Assembly: GCA_043741435.1 (NCBI GenBank)
Contig: JAYUBF010000316.1
Location: 1-28,932 of the forward strand
Origin: Myxococcales bacterium
GTDB taxonomy: Bacteria; Myxococcota_A; Polyangia; Palsa-1104
Direction of reading: 5' to 3'
DNA: 28,932 nt
The notes beneath the pieces were generated by a model, which was given only the letters and a program-made list of their open reading frames with translations, was not told the origin of the DNA and made no database searches. Positions 11,558-20,427 of this stretch are shown piece by piece. Every line of letters begins with the position of its first letter. Position 1 is the stretch's first letter. Both the position numbers and the translations under genes were made by a program.

Positions 11558-11642
11558 GGGCGCAGCCTACCCCAGGGACTCGTATTTTCGCTCCCGTGAA
11601 AACCTCCGGGAACCGGAGACCGCGACCGTTGTCAGTGTACCC

Positions 11643-12038
11643 ATGCTCTACAACGCTGCGGTTCGTACCGCGGTGCTGGCGTTCGCGTTCGCGATCGTTG
11701 GCGCCGCATCGGAGAAGCTCGCCCACGGCAGCCCGCCTTGCACCAAAGGTCGGGTCGAGGTCGACAACGACAAGCGCACGCTGATCGTGTCGCTCGACAA
11801 CCATTGTGACGCGCGCATCCCGTGCAAGGTCACGTGGCGGCTGCGCTGCAATCGCGGACCGGCACAGGAAAAGGAAGAGGCCGTGCAGCTCGAGGCGCAC
11901 GGCGATCAACGCATCGAGGCGACTGCCTCCATGTGCTCCAGCGACGGGGATTGGGAGATCTCACCCCCGCGTTGGCGTTGTGATGAGCCGGTCGAGATCA
12001 GCGAGAGGCCGAGCGGCAAGCGCCCGCGAAGGCGCTAG
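11643..12038 (+). CDS. Small secreted Cys-rich protein (signal peptide MLYNAAVRTAVLAFAFAIVGAAS, 6 Cys); hypothetical
   Basis: Internal ATG of track ORF 11439..12038 gives a signal peptide; divergent from the DUF885 fragment. Confidence 0.4.
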   Translation: MLYNAAVRTAVLAFAFAIVGAASEKLAHGSPPCTKGRVEVDNDKRTLIVSLDNHCDARIPCKVTWRLRCNRGPAQEKEEAVQLEAHGDQRIEATASMCSSDGDWEISPPRWRCDEPVEISERPSGKRPRRR

Positions 12039-12053
12039 CGCGCGGTCTTTTTT

Positions 12054-12746
12054 TCACGAGAGGAGCTCCTGCCGAACGTTGACGGCTGGCAAGGGCAAGA
12101 GGTCGTGCGCGAAGGTCCAGGGCCACGTATGACGGCCCTCCGGCGGCAAGCCGCCGACGCGCGTGATTACCACGCGCAAGAAAGAGCGCGTGGCATCGTT
12201 GAGGTAGCCACCGCCGCGCGGACCCTCCGGCAGCTCGCACATCGCCGCGTAGCGACGCCAGATGGCGGCGAAGATCTCGTCGCGGCGCACCTTGGCGAGG
12301 ATGGACGCGGCTGCGACAGCGACGTGCACGGACTCTCCCTTGTCGTGTGCCTCCAAGATCGGATAGCGCGGGATGAGCGGTGAGAACAGCCGCGCGCCAT
12401 CGCACACGATGCGCTTGCAGGGCGGCGCGTGATCGATCATCGACGCCGCGGTGCGCTGCTCGAGCCGGTTGAGGCCTTGCACGGCACACGCGCGATCGAC
12501 CTCGTGCACGTCGAGCACCCGGATGGTCACGTAGTCGGCGACCGCCAAGATGCGCGGGACCAGCGACGAGCGAACCTCGTGCGCGTCCGGTCCCGCGAAG
12601 GCCTTCGAGTCGGCCACACCCGCGCGGGTGAGCGCAGCGGAGGCGCGTGGGTGCAATGCGACCGCAGCCATCACCATCGGCCCGACGATGGGTCCGCGAC
12701 CCGCTTCATCGATGCCGAGGACGCGATCTCCGTGGATCAGTTTCAT
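12054..12746 (-). CDS. rnhB: Ribonuclease HII
   Basis: MKLIHGDRVLGIDEAGRGPIVGPMVMAAVAL matches the RNase HII active-site region; ATG overlaps the stop of the upstream dynamin gene (ATGA). Confidence 0.9.
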   Translation of the reverse strand: MKLIHGDRVLGIDEAGRGPIVGPMVMAAVALHPRASAALTRAGVADSKAFAGPDAHEVRSSLVPRILAVADYVTIRVLDVHEVDRACAVQGLNRLEQRTAASMIDHAPPCKRIVCDGARLFSPLIPRYPILEAHDKGESVHVAVAAASILAKVRRDEIFAAIWRRYAAMCELPEGPRGGGYLNDATRSFLRVVITRVGGLPPEGRHTWPWTFAHDLLPLPAVNVRQELLS

Positions 12747-15697
12747 GGGGTCGGTGGTTCTTGTAACCCGGCAGCGATCACCTGGCGCAAGGATTCGATT
12801 GGCCCGACGAGCCGACACTCGAGGTCGAAGCGACCGAGCGCGACGTCCTCGCGGTGTTGCGCGATGGCGGAGAGGAGATCGGAGAACAAGGCCTGGCAGT
12901 AGGCGCGCAACGGTTGGCGCAGCTCTTCTTCGAGCGTGTCGTCGTCGAGAGGCGATGCGCGCTCGAGTGCCCTGCGCACCTCGGTCTCGACGAGGTCGAG
13001 CTTCGGCAGGTCGCGCGAGAAGAAGGTGGCAACGGCGCCGCCACGCAGATAGCCACGCACGAACGCGCGATAGCGACCGAACACGCGATCGTCGAGGAGC
13101 TCCAGGCGATCGAGCACGGCGGCCCGTTCGCCCGGGCCCACCAGCTGCGCGAGCACGGACACCGAACGTCGCAGCTCGTCGAGCAAGCGCAGCCGCGAGG
13201 TGGCCAAGGCCGTGGTGAGACGCTCTTCGAGGAGCGCGAGCAAGAAGTCGCGGTCGGCCGGGGTGGCCTCGTTGCCGCCGAACAGCGAGCGACGGGGCCG
13301 TACGAAGTCGAGCACCTCGCGCGTGCAGACCTTCAGCGCCTCATCGGAGGCCTCGAGCAAGCGACGTCGCTCAGCCGGCAAGAACTCGTGTGTCATGGCG
13401 TAGCTGTCCGCGCGCACCGCCGCTGCGGCGCGATCGTCCGCATCGGTGGAGAGCGTGCTCAGTTTCTGGTCCACGATCTGGCGAGCTTGCTCAAGGAGAG
13501 AGGCCGCGCGCGTCATCGCCACCCGACGCTGGATGACGCGCGCTCGATTGAAGAACCGCTCCTCGAGCGTCGCATCGAGCGTGGGATAGTTGGATGCGGC
13601 GAGCGCCGTAGCATCTCCACTACGTCGAGCTGCGAGTGCGGCCCGTGCGGAGACGGGCACCACGGTCTCGAGGCGGTCACCGACGCTGCGCTGCACGTGG
13701 GCGATGATCTGCGCGCGCTCGCCCTCGTCGGCGCGATCGATCTTGTTGAGCACCCCGAGGATCTTGCGACCGTGCGAAGCGATCTTGCCGAGGGCTTCTC
13801 CTTCGGAGGCCTTGGCTGCTTGGTCGACGGAGAACAACCAGATCACCGCATCGGCTTCCTCGATGAAGCGGCGCGCCGTGGCTTCGTGCTCCGGATGGAT
13901 GGAGTTGAGGCCCGGCGTATCCACCACGTTGATCCGTTGCAACACCTCGAGCGGAAACAAGAGCTCGACCAGGCGAATGCGCTTCGCTTGCTCGGCGGTG
14001 AGGTTCTTCAGGAACGCCGGCACGTCGGCCCACGCGATCTCTCGCGTGCTCTCGTCGTGGTGGATGATGCGGCCGCCGCGCTCGGGTCCGTACTTGAGGA
14101 GGTTCACCGTCGCGGTGGTGGGCGTGACGCCCATCGGTGCTACTTCTTCGCCGAGGAACGCATTCACGAAGGTGGACTTGCCCGCGTTGAACTCGCCCAT
14201 CACCGTGATGACGAGCGGGCGATCGAGCGACTCGCGCAATCGGCCGAGAGCAGGTTGCAGCTCGGCCAGCTCGGGTGCCGATGTGGACAAGCGATGGGCC
14301 GCTGCGAGGAGACCCGCGACATCGCCCGGGGCCGGATCTTCACGACGAAACAACGCTGCGTAGCGGGTGCGCGGGCGCGGATCCGACGGCGAGAGCTGGG
14401 CAGCACGGCGCAGTGCCACCAGCGCCCCATCGCGCGTGCCACGACGCAAGGCCACCTCGGCCTCGGCCAGCTTCACCTCGACGGAGCGCAGCGCCAGCGA
14501 CGGATCGGCGAGCAGCAGCTGCGCCTCGGCGTCGAAAGCGGCGACGTCGCCTTCGCGCAGCAGCATGCGCAACGCGAGGGCCGCGTGAGCCTCGGGGTGG
14601 GTCGCGTCGCGCAGGAGGAGCGCCTCCGCGTACACCGCCGCGCGCTCGCGAAGATCCGCGCCGAGGGCCACACTCAACGCCTCCGCGAGCAGCGGCCTCG
14701 GATCGAGCAACGCGATGGCTTGGCCATCTTCCGGCGCCGCGACCTGGCCGCCACCAGCGAGCGCGCGATCGAAGGCATCGAGCGCGACCTCCGGCGATTG
14801 CGCCAAGGCCGCGATGCGCCCGAGCTCGACGAGGAGGCCCAGATGGCTCGGTGCGTGCCCGAGTGCTTGCAAGATTTCACCGCGCGCCTCGTCGAGCCGA
14901 CCCTCGAGGCGCGCGAGCTTCGCGAGGCCCAGGCGCGACAGCACCTCGGCATCTCGCAGATCACGCCCCGTCGCATCGAGCGGTTGCTTCGCCTCGGGCA
15001 ATGCCGCGATTCCCGCGAGCGCCGCACGGAACGACGTCTGCGCTTCTTCGCCGCGCCCGAGCGCGAGCGCGACCTCACCACGCGCTGACCACGCGAGTGG
15101 CGGTACCGGTTCTCTGCGGGTGGCACGCTCGAGGCAGATGCGTGCGGTGTCGAGATCCCCTTTGTGGAGTAGCGCTCGACCGAGCAACGTCTGCGCGGTG
15201 ATCTCGTCCGGCGCCGAGGCCACGGCCTTGCGCAGCTCCCGCACGGCGCGATCGTAGCGACCGAGCGCGAGGTTCGCGGCACCGAGGCCACGATACGCCT
15301 CCGCGCGGATTCCCACGTCGCCAGTGCCACCGTCGAGCGCACGGCGAAAATGGGAGATGGCCTTCTCGTGGTCGCCGCGGCTCATCGCCAGCTGACCCAG
15401 CGCGAGAAAGGGCTCCACGAAGCCCTCGCGCAGTGACGCTTGCTCGTACAGCTTCGTCGCGCCGTCCGGATCCCCCATCTTCTCGCGCACGACGCCGAGC
15501 AAATACTGGGCGCGAGAATGATCGGCGCGGATCACCAGCGCCGCCTCGAGCTCGCGCTCCGCGCCCTGAAGATTTCCGGCGTCGAGGTACGCCTGGCCCA
15601 GCTCGGTGTGCGCTCGCAGGTCGTCGGGGACGATGAGCTCCCCGAGCTGATCGGCGAGCTTGTCGAAGAAACCGGACGACTTGTCGGTGGGGCTCAC
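12743..15697 (-). CDS. TPR-repeat (N-terminal ~470 aa) fused to bacterial dynamin-like GTPase (C-terminal ~500 aa); no hydrophobic paddle
   Basis: Multiple TPR units (AQYLLGVVREKMGDPDGATKLYEQA..., AQTLLGRALLHKGDLDTAR...); G1 GEFNAGKST, switch I TPTTATVN, G3 DTPG, G4 NKID; GTG start 3 nt after the TAA of the preceding gene. Confidence 0.8.
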   Translation of the reverse strand: MSPTDKSSGFFDKLADQLGELIVPDDLRAHTELGQAYLDAGNLQGAERELEAALVIRADHSRAQYLLGVVREKMGDPDGATKLYEQASLREGFVEPFLALGQLAMSRGDHEKAISHFRRALDGGTGDVGIRAEAYRGLGAANLALGRYDRAVRELRKAVASAPDEITAQTLLGRALLHKGDLDTARICLERATRREPVPPLAWSARGEVALALGRGEEAQTSFRAALAGIAALPEAKQPLDATGRDLRDAEVLSRLGLAKLARLEGRLDEARGEILQALGHAPSHLGLLVELGRIAALAQSPEVALDAFDRALAGGGQVAAPEDGQAIALLDPRPLLAEALSVALGADLRERAAVYAEALLLRDATHPEAHAALALRMLLREGDVAAFDAEAQLLLADPSLALRSVEVKLAEAEVALRRGTRDGALVALRRAAQLSPSDPRPRTRYAALFRREDPAPGDVAGLLAAAHRLSTSAPELAELQPALGRLRESLDRPLVITVMGEFNAGKSTFVNAFLGEEVAPMGVTPTTATVNLLKYGPERGGRIIHHDESTREIAWADVPAFLKNLTAEQAKRIRLVELLFPLEVLQRINVVDTPGLNSIHPEHEATARRFIEEADAVIWLFSVDQAAKASEGEALGKIASHGRKILGVLNKIDRADEGERAQIIAHVQRSVGDRLETVVPVSARAALAARRSGDATALAASNYPTLDATLEERFFNRARVIQRRVAMTRAASLLEQARQIVDQKLSTLSTDADDRAAAAVRADSYAMTHEFLPAERRRLLEASDEALKVCTREVLDFVRPRRSLFGGNEATPADRDFLLALLEERLTTALATSRLRLLDELRRSVSVLAQLVGPGERAAVLDRLELLDDRVFGRYRAFVRGYLRGGAVATFFSRDLPKLDLVETEVRRALERASPLDDDTLEEELRQPLRAYCQALFSDLLSAIAQHREDVALGRFDLECRLVGPIESLRQVIAAGLQEPPTP

Positions 15698-15700
15698 GCG

Positions 15701-17515
15701 TTACGCTGGCGGGGCCCACAGGCGATCGCGCAGCGACGAGATGTGCTGCTCGATGGCGTGGAGGCGCTCGAGCTGCGCGACGATCTGCTCGTCCCGCTCC
15801 TGCACGTTGACGCCCTGGTTGCGGCGCTCGGCCAGCGCACGATCGAGCACCTCGCCAATTCCTTTGTGCAGCGCCTCGCCGGCGGCGGTCACGAAGTCGG
15901 ACAGGCGCAGCTGGAAGTCTTCGACGATGTTCTCGAACTTGGGGCCGATGACCAGCGCTGCACGATCGACCACTTCTTCGATGCCGCGCTTTGCCTGCGC
16001 CTTGATCTCGCCCGACACGCGGTCGCGCAACAACAGCGCGATGATCGGCGCAGCGACGGTGAGCAGGCCACCCACCAGCGTGTTTACGAACAGGAACACG
16101 CCGGTGCCGAGCGCGCCCAGCGCGAACACGCCCACGTCGTACTTCAGCGTGTCGACCTCGAGCTCGACCTTGGTGTCGGCGGGGCCGAGCTCGCGCGCGA
16201 GCGTGGCCATCGTCGCGTCGACGTCTTCATTGGTGATCTGGATGATCTCCTCGGCGAGGCGCTCGAGCTGCGCTGCGACCTTGTCTCCCAGCGTCTCGGC
16301 CCAGGTCTTCCACGTGTCCTCGAGGAACGGCTGCAGATACTTCTGCACGTCACCACCCGAGACACGATCGATCTCGTTCGGCAGGCGTCCCTTCAGCTCG
16401 CGCACGAATTCCTCGAGGTCGAGGCGAAGGCCGGCCTTGATCGCGTCGGCCTCGGCGCGGATGCGCAGGTGATGGGCGCGCAGGTGAGCACGCGCACCGT
16501 CGAGCTGGTGGCGTACCTTGCCGATGCGTGACTCCAGCTCGTCGAGCTCGAGCTCGAGCGAGCGGCGCTTGATGCCGAGGTTCTGCCGCAGATAGCCGAG
16601 CGTGCGCAGCCCATCGGCGATGCCGTTGTCGAGAAGCACCTGCCCGCGCGAGGTGGACAGGTAGCCGTTCAGGTGATCGAGCAGGGGCTTCATGCCCGAG
16701 GTCTCGCGCACGGCGGGATCGGCCGACAGCTGACGCTTGGCCGACAGCGGGAAGATCATCGGGTCGGGCACGACCTTGTTGAGGTGCTCGCGCGCAAAGC
16801 GCAGCGTCTCGTCGCGCTCGTCGGGCGCGAGCAGGTCGATCTTGCCGATGACGAAGAAGATCTTGTCGCGTGAGCGACGGAGGATGCGTTGCTCGAGGAA
16901 CGCGCGCTCGGACTGCTTCAGCACCTGCGCACCATCGAGCAGGAACAACACCGCATCGGCACGCGGGATATAGCCGTAGGTGATCTCGGCACGCTGCTCG
17001 TTGATGTCGTTGACGCCGGGCGTGTCCACCAGCGTCACCCGATCGCGCAGGATATCGGCGGGCCACGCGACTTCAACGAACTTCACCTGCATGGCCGCGC
17101 TTTGCGCCTGCTGGCCTTCGATGGTCACCCAGTCGTACAGCTTGTGCGGGTCGATCTGCTGCGTGCGACCGTCGGTGAAGTGGGCCGTCGCGGCTGGGTG
17201 CTCTCCCCAGATCAGGTGATTGATGGTGGCGGTCGTCGGCGTGATGCCGGCGGGCAAGACCGCGTGGCCGAGCAGCGCGTTCACGAAGGTGGACTTGCCG
17301 TGGTTGAACTCACCGACGACCACGAGGTTGAAGCGATCGTCGCGCAGCTTGGGGATGCGTTGATCGACCAGCTCCGAGCGGAGCGTCTCCATGCCCACTT
17401 CATTGGCGAGGTCGGCCGTGCGCTGCAGATCGCTCAGCAGCTGCGTCTTGAGCTCGGTGAGGCCCTGCAGCGTGGAACCGCCGTTGTCAGAGCCGTAGTT
17501 TGCGGACTCACTCAT
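15701..17515 (-). CDS. Bacterial dynamin-like protein (BDLP/DynA/LeoA-like large GTPase) with hydrophobic membrane paddle
   Basis: G1 GEFNHGKST, TPTTATIN, DTPGVND, GKID; hydrophobic segment VGVFALGALGTGVFLFVNTLVGGLLTVAAPIIALLL in the stalk region; start overlaps the M48-like gene stop (ATGA). Confidence 0.85.
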   Translation of the reverse strand: MSESANYGSDNGGSTLQGLTELKTQLLSDLQRTADLANEVGMETLRSELVDQRIPKLRDDRFNLVVVGEFNHGKSTFVNALLGHAVLPAGITPTTATINHLIWGEHPAATAHFTDGRTQQIDPHKLYDWVTIEGQQAQSAAMQVKFVEVAWPADILRDRVTLVDTPGVNDINEQRAEITYGYIPRADAVLFLLDGAQVLKQSERAFLEQRILRRSRDKIFFVIGKIDLLAPDERDETLRFAREHLNKVVPDPMIFPLSAKRQLSADPAVRETSGMKPLLDHLNGYLSTSRGQVLLDNGIADGLRTLGYLRQNLGIKRRSLELELDELESRIGKVRHQLDGARAHLRAHHLRIRAEADAIKAGLRLDLEEFVRELKGRLPNEIDRVSGGDVQKYLQPFLEDTWKTWAETLGDKVAAQLERLAEEIIQITNEDVDATMATLARELGPADTKVELEVDTLKYDVGVFALGALGTGVFLFVNTLVGGLLTVAAPIIALLLRDRVSGEIKAQAKRGIEEVVDRAALVIGPKFENIVEDFQLRLSDFVTAAGEALHKGIGEVLDRALAERRNQGVNVQERDEQIVAQLERLHAIEQHISSLRDRLWAPPA

Positions 17516-18297
17516 CGCGACAGAACCTCGCCCACTTTGCCGTCTACCTCGGCCTGTGTGAGGCCGCCTTGCTCACCGGTGAGCGCCTTGTAGTACGCGC
17601 TGTCGGCAAAGACGCGCAGCGCTTCGAGGCGCTTGGCCGTGCCGTCTCCAGAGGGCATGAGCTTCATCAAGGCTCCGGCGGCGGTGTCGATGTTGCGCAC
17701 CGCGATGAGACCCGCGCGATCGGCGGTGAGCGCGGCGCGTTGCTCCCAAGCGCCGAGCGCGATGGCCGCTGGCTTCACGATCCACTGCAAGAAACGGTTG
17801 GCCGAGCGCGTGAGGTGATAGAGCGCGGTGATGAACACCACGTGATGGTTCTGGATGTGGCCGCATTCCTGGCCGAGCACGAACACGAGCTCGTCGTCGC
17901 TCAGGGCTTCGATGCGCGTGGCATCGAGCACGACATCGACGTCTTCGTCGGTGCCGAAGGTGCGCGCGACTACCTGGTCGAGGGTCGGTACGACGTAGAG
18001 AGTTGGCCGCGGGATGTGCAACGCCTTGGCCGCGCGCTCGACGAGCGCATCGAGCTTCGGCAGCCTGTCGGGGCTGACCTTGGTGGCGCCGTTCAAGAGG
18101 CCGTCGCGCGCGCCGGACTTCCACAGTCGCACGCTGGCCTCGATCGCCAGCTTCACCGGCCGCACCGAGTCGAGCGTCTTCTTGATGCGCAGGTCCCCGC
18201 CGTACGAATAGGCGGCGCCCTCACGGGCTTGGGCATCGCGCGCGCCTTTTCTGCGCTCGATGTACCGCTGGAAGTCCAGATCGATGTCGACGGCCAT
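17512..18297 (-). CDS. M48-family metallopeptidase-like protein with variant motif QECGH in place of HExxH; cytoplasmic (no TM or signal peptide)
   Basis: PRPTLYVVPT...DELVFVLGQECGHIQNHH...EQRAALTADRAG follows the M48 (HtpX/Ste24) layout; the first zinc-ligand His is Gln; ATG 18297 (track uses TTG 18336). Confidence 0.65.
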   Translation of the reverse strand: MAVDIDLDFQRYIERRKGARDAQAREGAAYSYGGDLRIKKTLDSVRPVKLAIEASVRLWKSGARDGLLNGATKVSPDRLPKLDALVERAAKALHIPRPTLYVVPTLDQVVARTFGTDEDVDVVLDATRIEALSDDELVFVLGQECGHIQNHHVVFITALYHLTRSANRFLQWIVKPAAIALGAWEQRAALTADRAGLIAVRNIDTAAGALMKLMPSGDGTAKRLEALRVFADSAYYKALTGEQGGLTQAEVDGKVGEVLSR

Positions 18298-18307
18298 GCG
18301 GCCAAGA

Positions 18308-18336
18308 ACCGTAGCCGACGAACATGGGTCGGTCAA
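18308..18336 (-). promoter_or_regulatory. Putative promoter of the M48-dynamin-dynamin-rnhB operon: -35 TTGACC, 17-nt spacer, -10 TACGGT; would give a near-leaderless transcript starting ~4 nt before ATG 18297
   Basis: Hexamers read on the minus strand; low-confidence, sequence-only. Confidence 0.2.
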
Positions 18337-18411
18337 CGCGTGCTAGATTCGGACTCCATTTCCGCCGCCGACCGCCGCCGACCGCCAGGCCCAAAGTCCC
18401 AAGGAGCGACG

Positions 18412-18906
18412 ATGAAGTTCAGCTTCGTGCACGAGTTCGACACCGACGTGAAGTCCTACTGGGAGCTGTTCCTCTCCGACGACTTCAACAAGGTCATGCT
18501 GGAGGCGCTCGGCATGAAGAACATCAAGCTCATCTCGAAAGAGGACGACGGAACCACCTTCCGGCGCTCGCAGTCGATGGAGCCGACGCTGAGCTTGCCG
18601 TCGATGTTCGCGAAGTTCGTACCAGACATGGGCTACTCGGAGCACGACACGCTCGTGTGGTCGACCAACACGATGAAGGTCGTGATCGAGCCGCGCTCGA
18701 TGAAGGACAAGTTCAAGACCACTGGCGACTACATCGTCACGCCGCTCGGTGACAACCGCTGCCGTCGCGAGTTCAAGGGCGAGGTGAGCATGTCCATCCC
18801 GTTCATCGGTGGAAAGATGGAGAGCTACACGGTGGACCAGATGAAGGCCTCGTACGAGGCCGCGACTCGCGTCACGCGCGAGTGGATCGCGAAGAAGAAG
18901 GGCTAG
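18412..18906 (+). CDS. SRPBCC/START-like hypothetical protein (DUF2505-like)
   Basis: 164 aa from ATG 18412 with AAGGAG RBS; the track ORF is over-extended upstream; starts MKFSFVHEFDTDVKSYWELF. Confidence 0.45.
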   Translation: MKFSFVHEFDTDVKSYWELFLSDDFNKVMLEALGMKNIKLISKEDDGTTFRRSQSMEPTLSLPSMFAKFVPDMGYSEHDTLVWSTNTMKVVIEPRSMKDKFKTTGDYIVTPLGDNRCRREFKGEVSMSIPFIGGKMESYTVDQMKASYEAATRVTREWIAKKKG

Positions 18907-18921
18907 CTTCGGTCATGGCGG

Positions 18922-20379
18922 CTACTTCACGATCGCGCGGATCGGAATCGGTCCCGATTCCACCTCCGCCATCGGCATCGGCATCGGCTTGCGTCGCGGC
19001 AAGCGGTTCCAGGCGTCGAGCGCTGCCACCTTGTACGCCTCCGCCAGCGTCGGATAGTTGAACACGCTGTCGACGAGGTACTCGAGCGTGCCACCGAGGC
19101 CGATCACCATCTGACCGACGTGGATGAGCTCCGTGGCGCCCTCTCCGAGGATGTGCACGCCGAGCAGCTTGTGATCGTCGAGGCCCACGATGATCTTCAG
19201 CATGCCGGTGTCGATCCCGAGGATCTGGCCGCGCGCCAGCTCGCGGAAGCGGGCCACGCCGACCTCGTACGGCACGCCCTTCTTCTTCAGCTGCTCCTCG
19301 GTCGCGCCCACCATGCTCATCTCGGGTACGGCATAGATGCCGAACGGGAACAGCTCCGGCGGCTTCTCGCGCAGGTCGCCGAACGCGTGGCACACGGCCT
19401 GTCTGCCCTGCTCCATCGACGTGGAGGCCAGGCTGGGGAAGCCGATGACGTCGCCAGCGGCATAGATGTGCGGTTGGCTCGTGCGTAGGTGTGCGTCGAC
19501 GGTGATGCGACCCCGGTTGTCGGCGCTGAGACCGGCGGCTGGCAGATCGAGCGCACCGGTGGCGCCGATGCGACCCGCAGCGAAGAGCACCACGTCGGAG
19601 ACCAGCTGCCGACCCGAGCCGAGCGTGGTGGTGACGCGCTCGTCGGCCCCGACCTGCACCGACGCGACCTTCTCGCCGAGGCGCAGCGCGATGTTGCGGT
19701 CGCGCAGCGAGTGCGTGAGCTCGGCGATGATCTCGCGGTCCATGAAGTCGAGCAGCGTCTCGCGCTCGTCGATCAGCGACACGCGCACGTCGAGCGACTG
19801 GAAGATGGTCGCGTACTCGAGGCCGATGACTCCCGAGCCCACGACGGTCATCGAGCGCGGCAGCTTCTTCATGCAAAGCACGCCGTCGCTATCGAGGACG
19901 CGCTCGTCGTCGAACGGTACGTTCGCCGGCCGATGCGGCTCGGTCCCGGGCGCGAGCAAGATCTTCTCGGCGCACAGATCGACCGGACCGCTCGCGGGGC
20001 CAGTGACGCGCACGCAGTGGGGCGTGATGAACCGCGCTTCACCGCAGACGAGCTCGACGCGGTTTCGGATCAACTGGTCGCGGACGACGTCGACCTCACT
20101 GTCGACGGTGCGCGACAGCCGGTGCGACAGGTGCTCCATCGACAGCTCACCGCGTTCGCGGTGCCCCCGCCCGTAGAAGCTGCGTTGTCGCAGACCGGAC
20201 AGGTACATCACGGCCTCTCGCAACGTCTTCGACGGGATCGTGCCCGTGTGCACCGACACGCCGCCCACTTGCGCACGACGCTCGATCAGCACCACCCGTT
20301 TGCCCAGCTTGGCTGCCTGCACGGCTCCGCGTTGTCCAGCAGGGCCACTTCCGATGACGAGGAGATCGATAGGTCGCAT
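18922..20379 (-). CDS. sthA: Soluble pyridine nucleotide transhydrogenase (Si-specific NAD(P)+ transhydrogenase) with a ~25-aa Pro/Met-rich C-terminal tail
   Basis: DLLVIGSGPAG...GGVSVHTGTIPSKTLREA, FAD/NAD-binding and dimerisation domains in SthA order; ATG 20379 or GTG 20394. Confidence 0.85.
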   Translation of the reverse strand: MRPIDLLVIGSGPAGQRGAVQAAKLGKRVVLIERRAQVGGVSVHTGTIPSKTLREAVMYLSGLRQRSFYGRGHRERGELSMEHLSHRLSRTVDSEVDVVRDQLIRNRVELVCGEARFITPHCVRVTGPASGPVDLCAEKILLAPGTEPHRPANVPFDDERVLDSDGVLCMKKLPRSMTVVGSGVIGLEYATIFQSLDVRVSLIDERETLLDFMDREIIAELTHSLRDRNIALRLGEKVASVQVGADERVTTTLGSGRQLVSDVVLFAAGRIGATGALDLPAAGLSADNRGRITVDAHLRTSQPHIYAAGDVIGFPSLASTSMEQGRQAVCHAFGDLREKPPELFPFGIYAVPEMSMVGATEEQLKKKGVPYEVGVARFRELARGQILGIDTGMLKIIVGLDDHKLLGVHILGEGATELIHVGQMVIGLGGTLEYLVDSVFNYPTLAEAYKVAALDAWNRLPRRKPMPMPMAEVESGPIPIRAIVK

Positions 20380-20427
20380 GGGGTACCGGTTCACATCGAC
20401 CGGCTAGCGCGACCCTTGATGTAGGTC

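Noticed and set aside
12854-15088. 744-aa and 308-aa ORFs (12854..15088, 14275..15201) antisense to the TPR-dynamin gene
   Set aside because: Low-complexity Arg/Gly/Ala/Pro-rich translations characteristic of GC-rich antisense frames
17500-18906. 468-aa + strand ORF spanning the M48 gene antisense into the DUF2505-like gene
   Set aside because: Only the last 164 aa (from ATG 18412 with AAGGAG RBS) look protein-like; the rest is antisense of the M48-like gene
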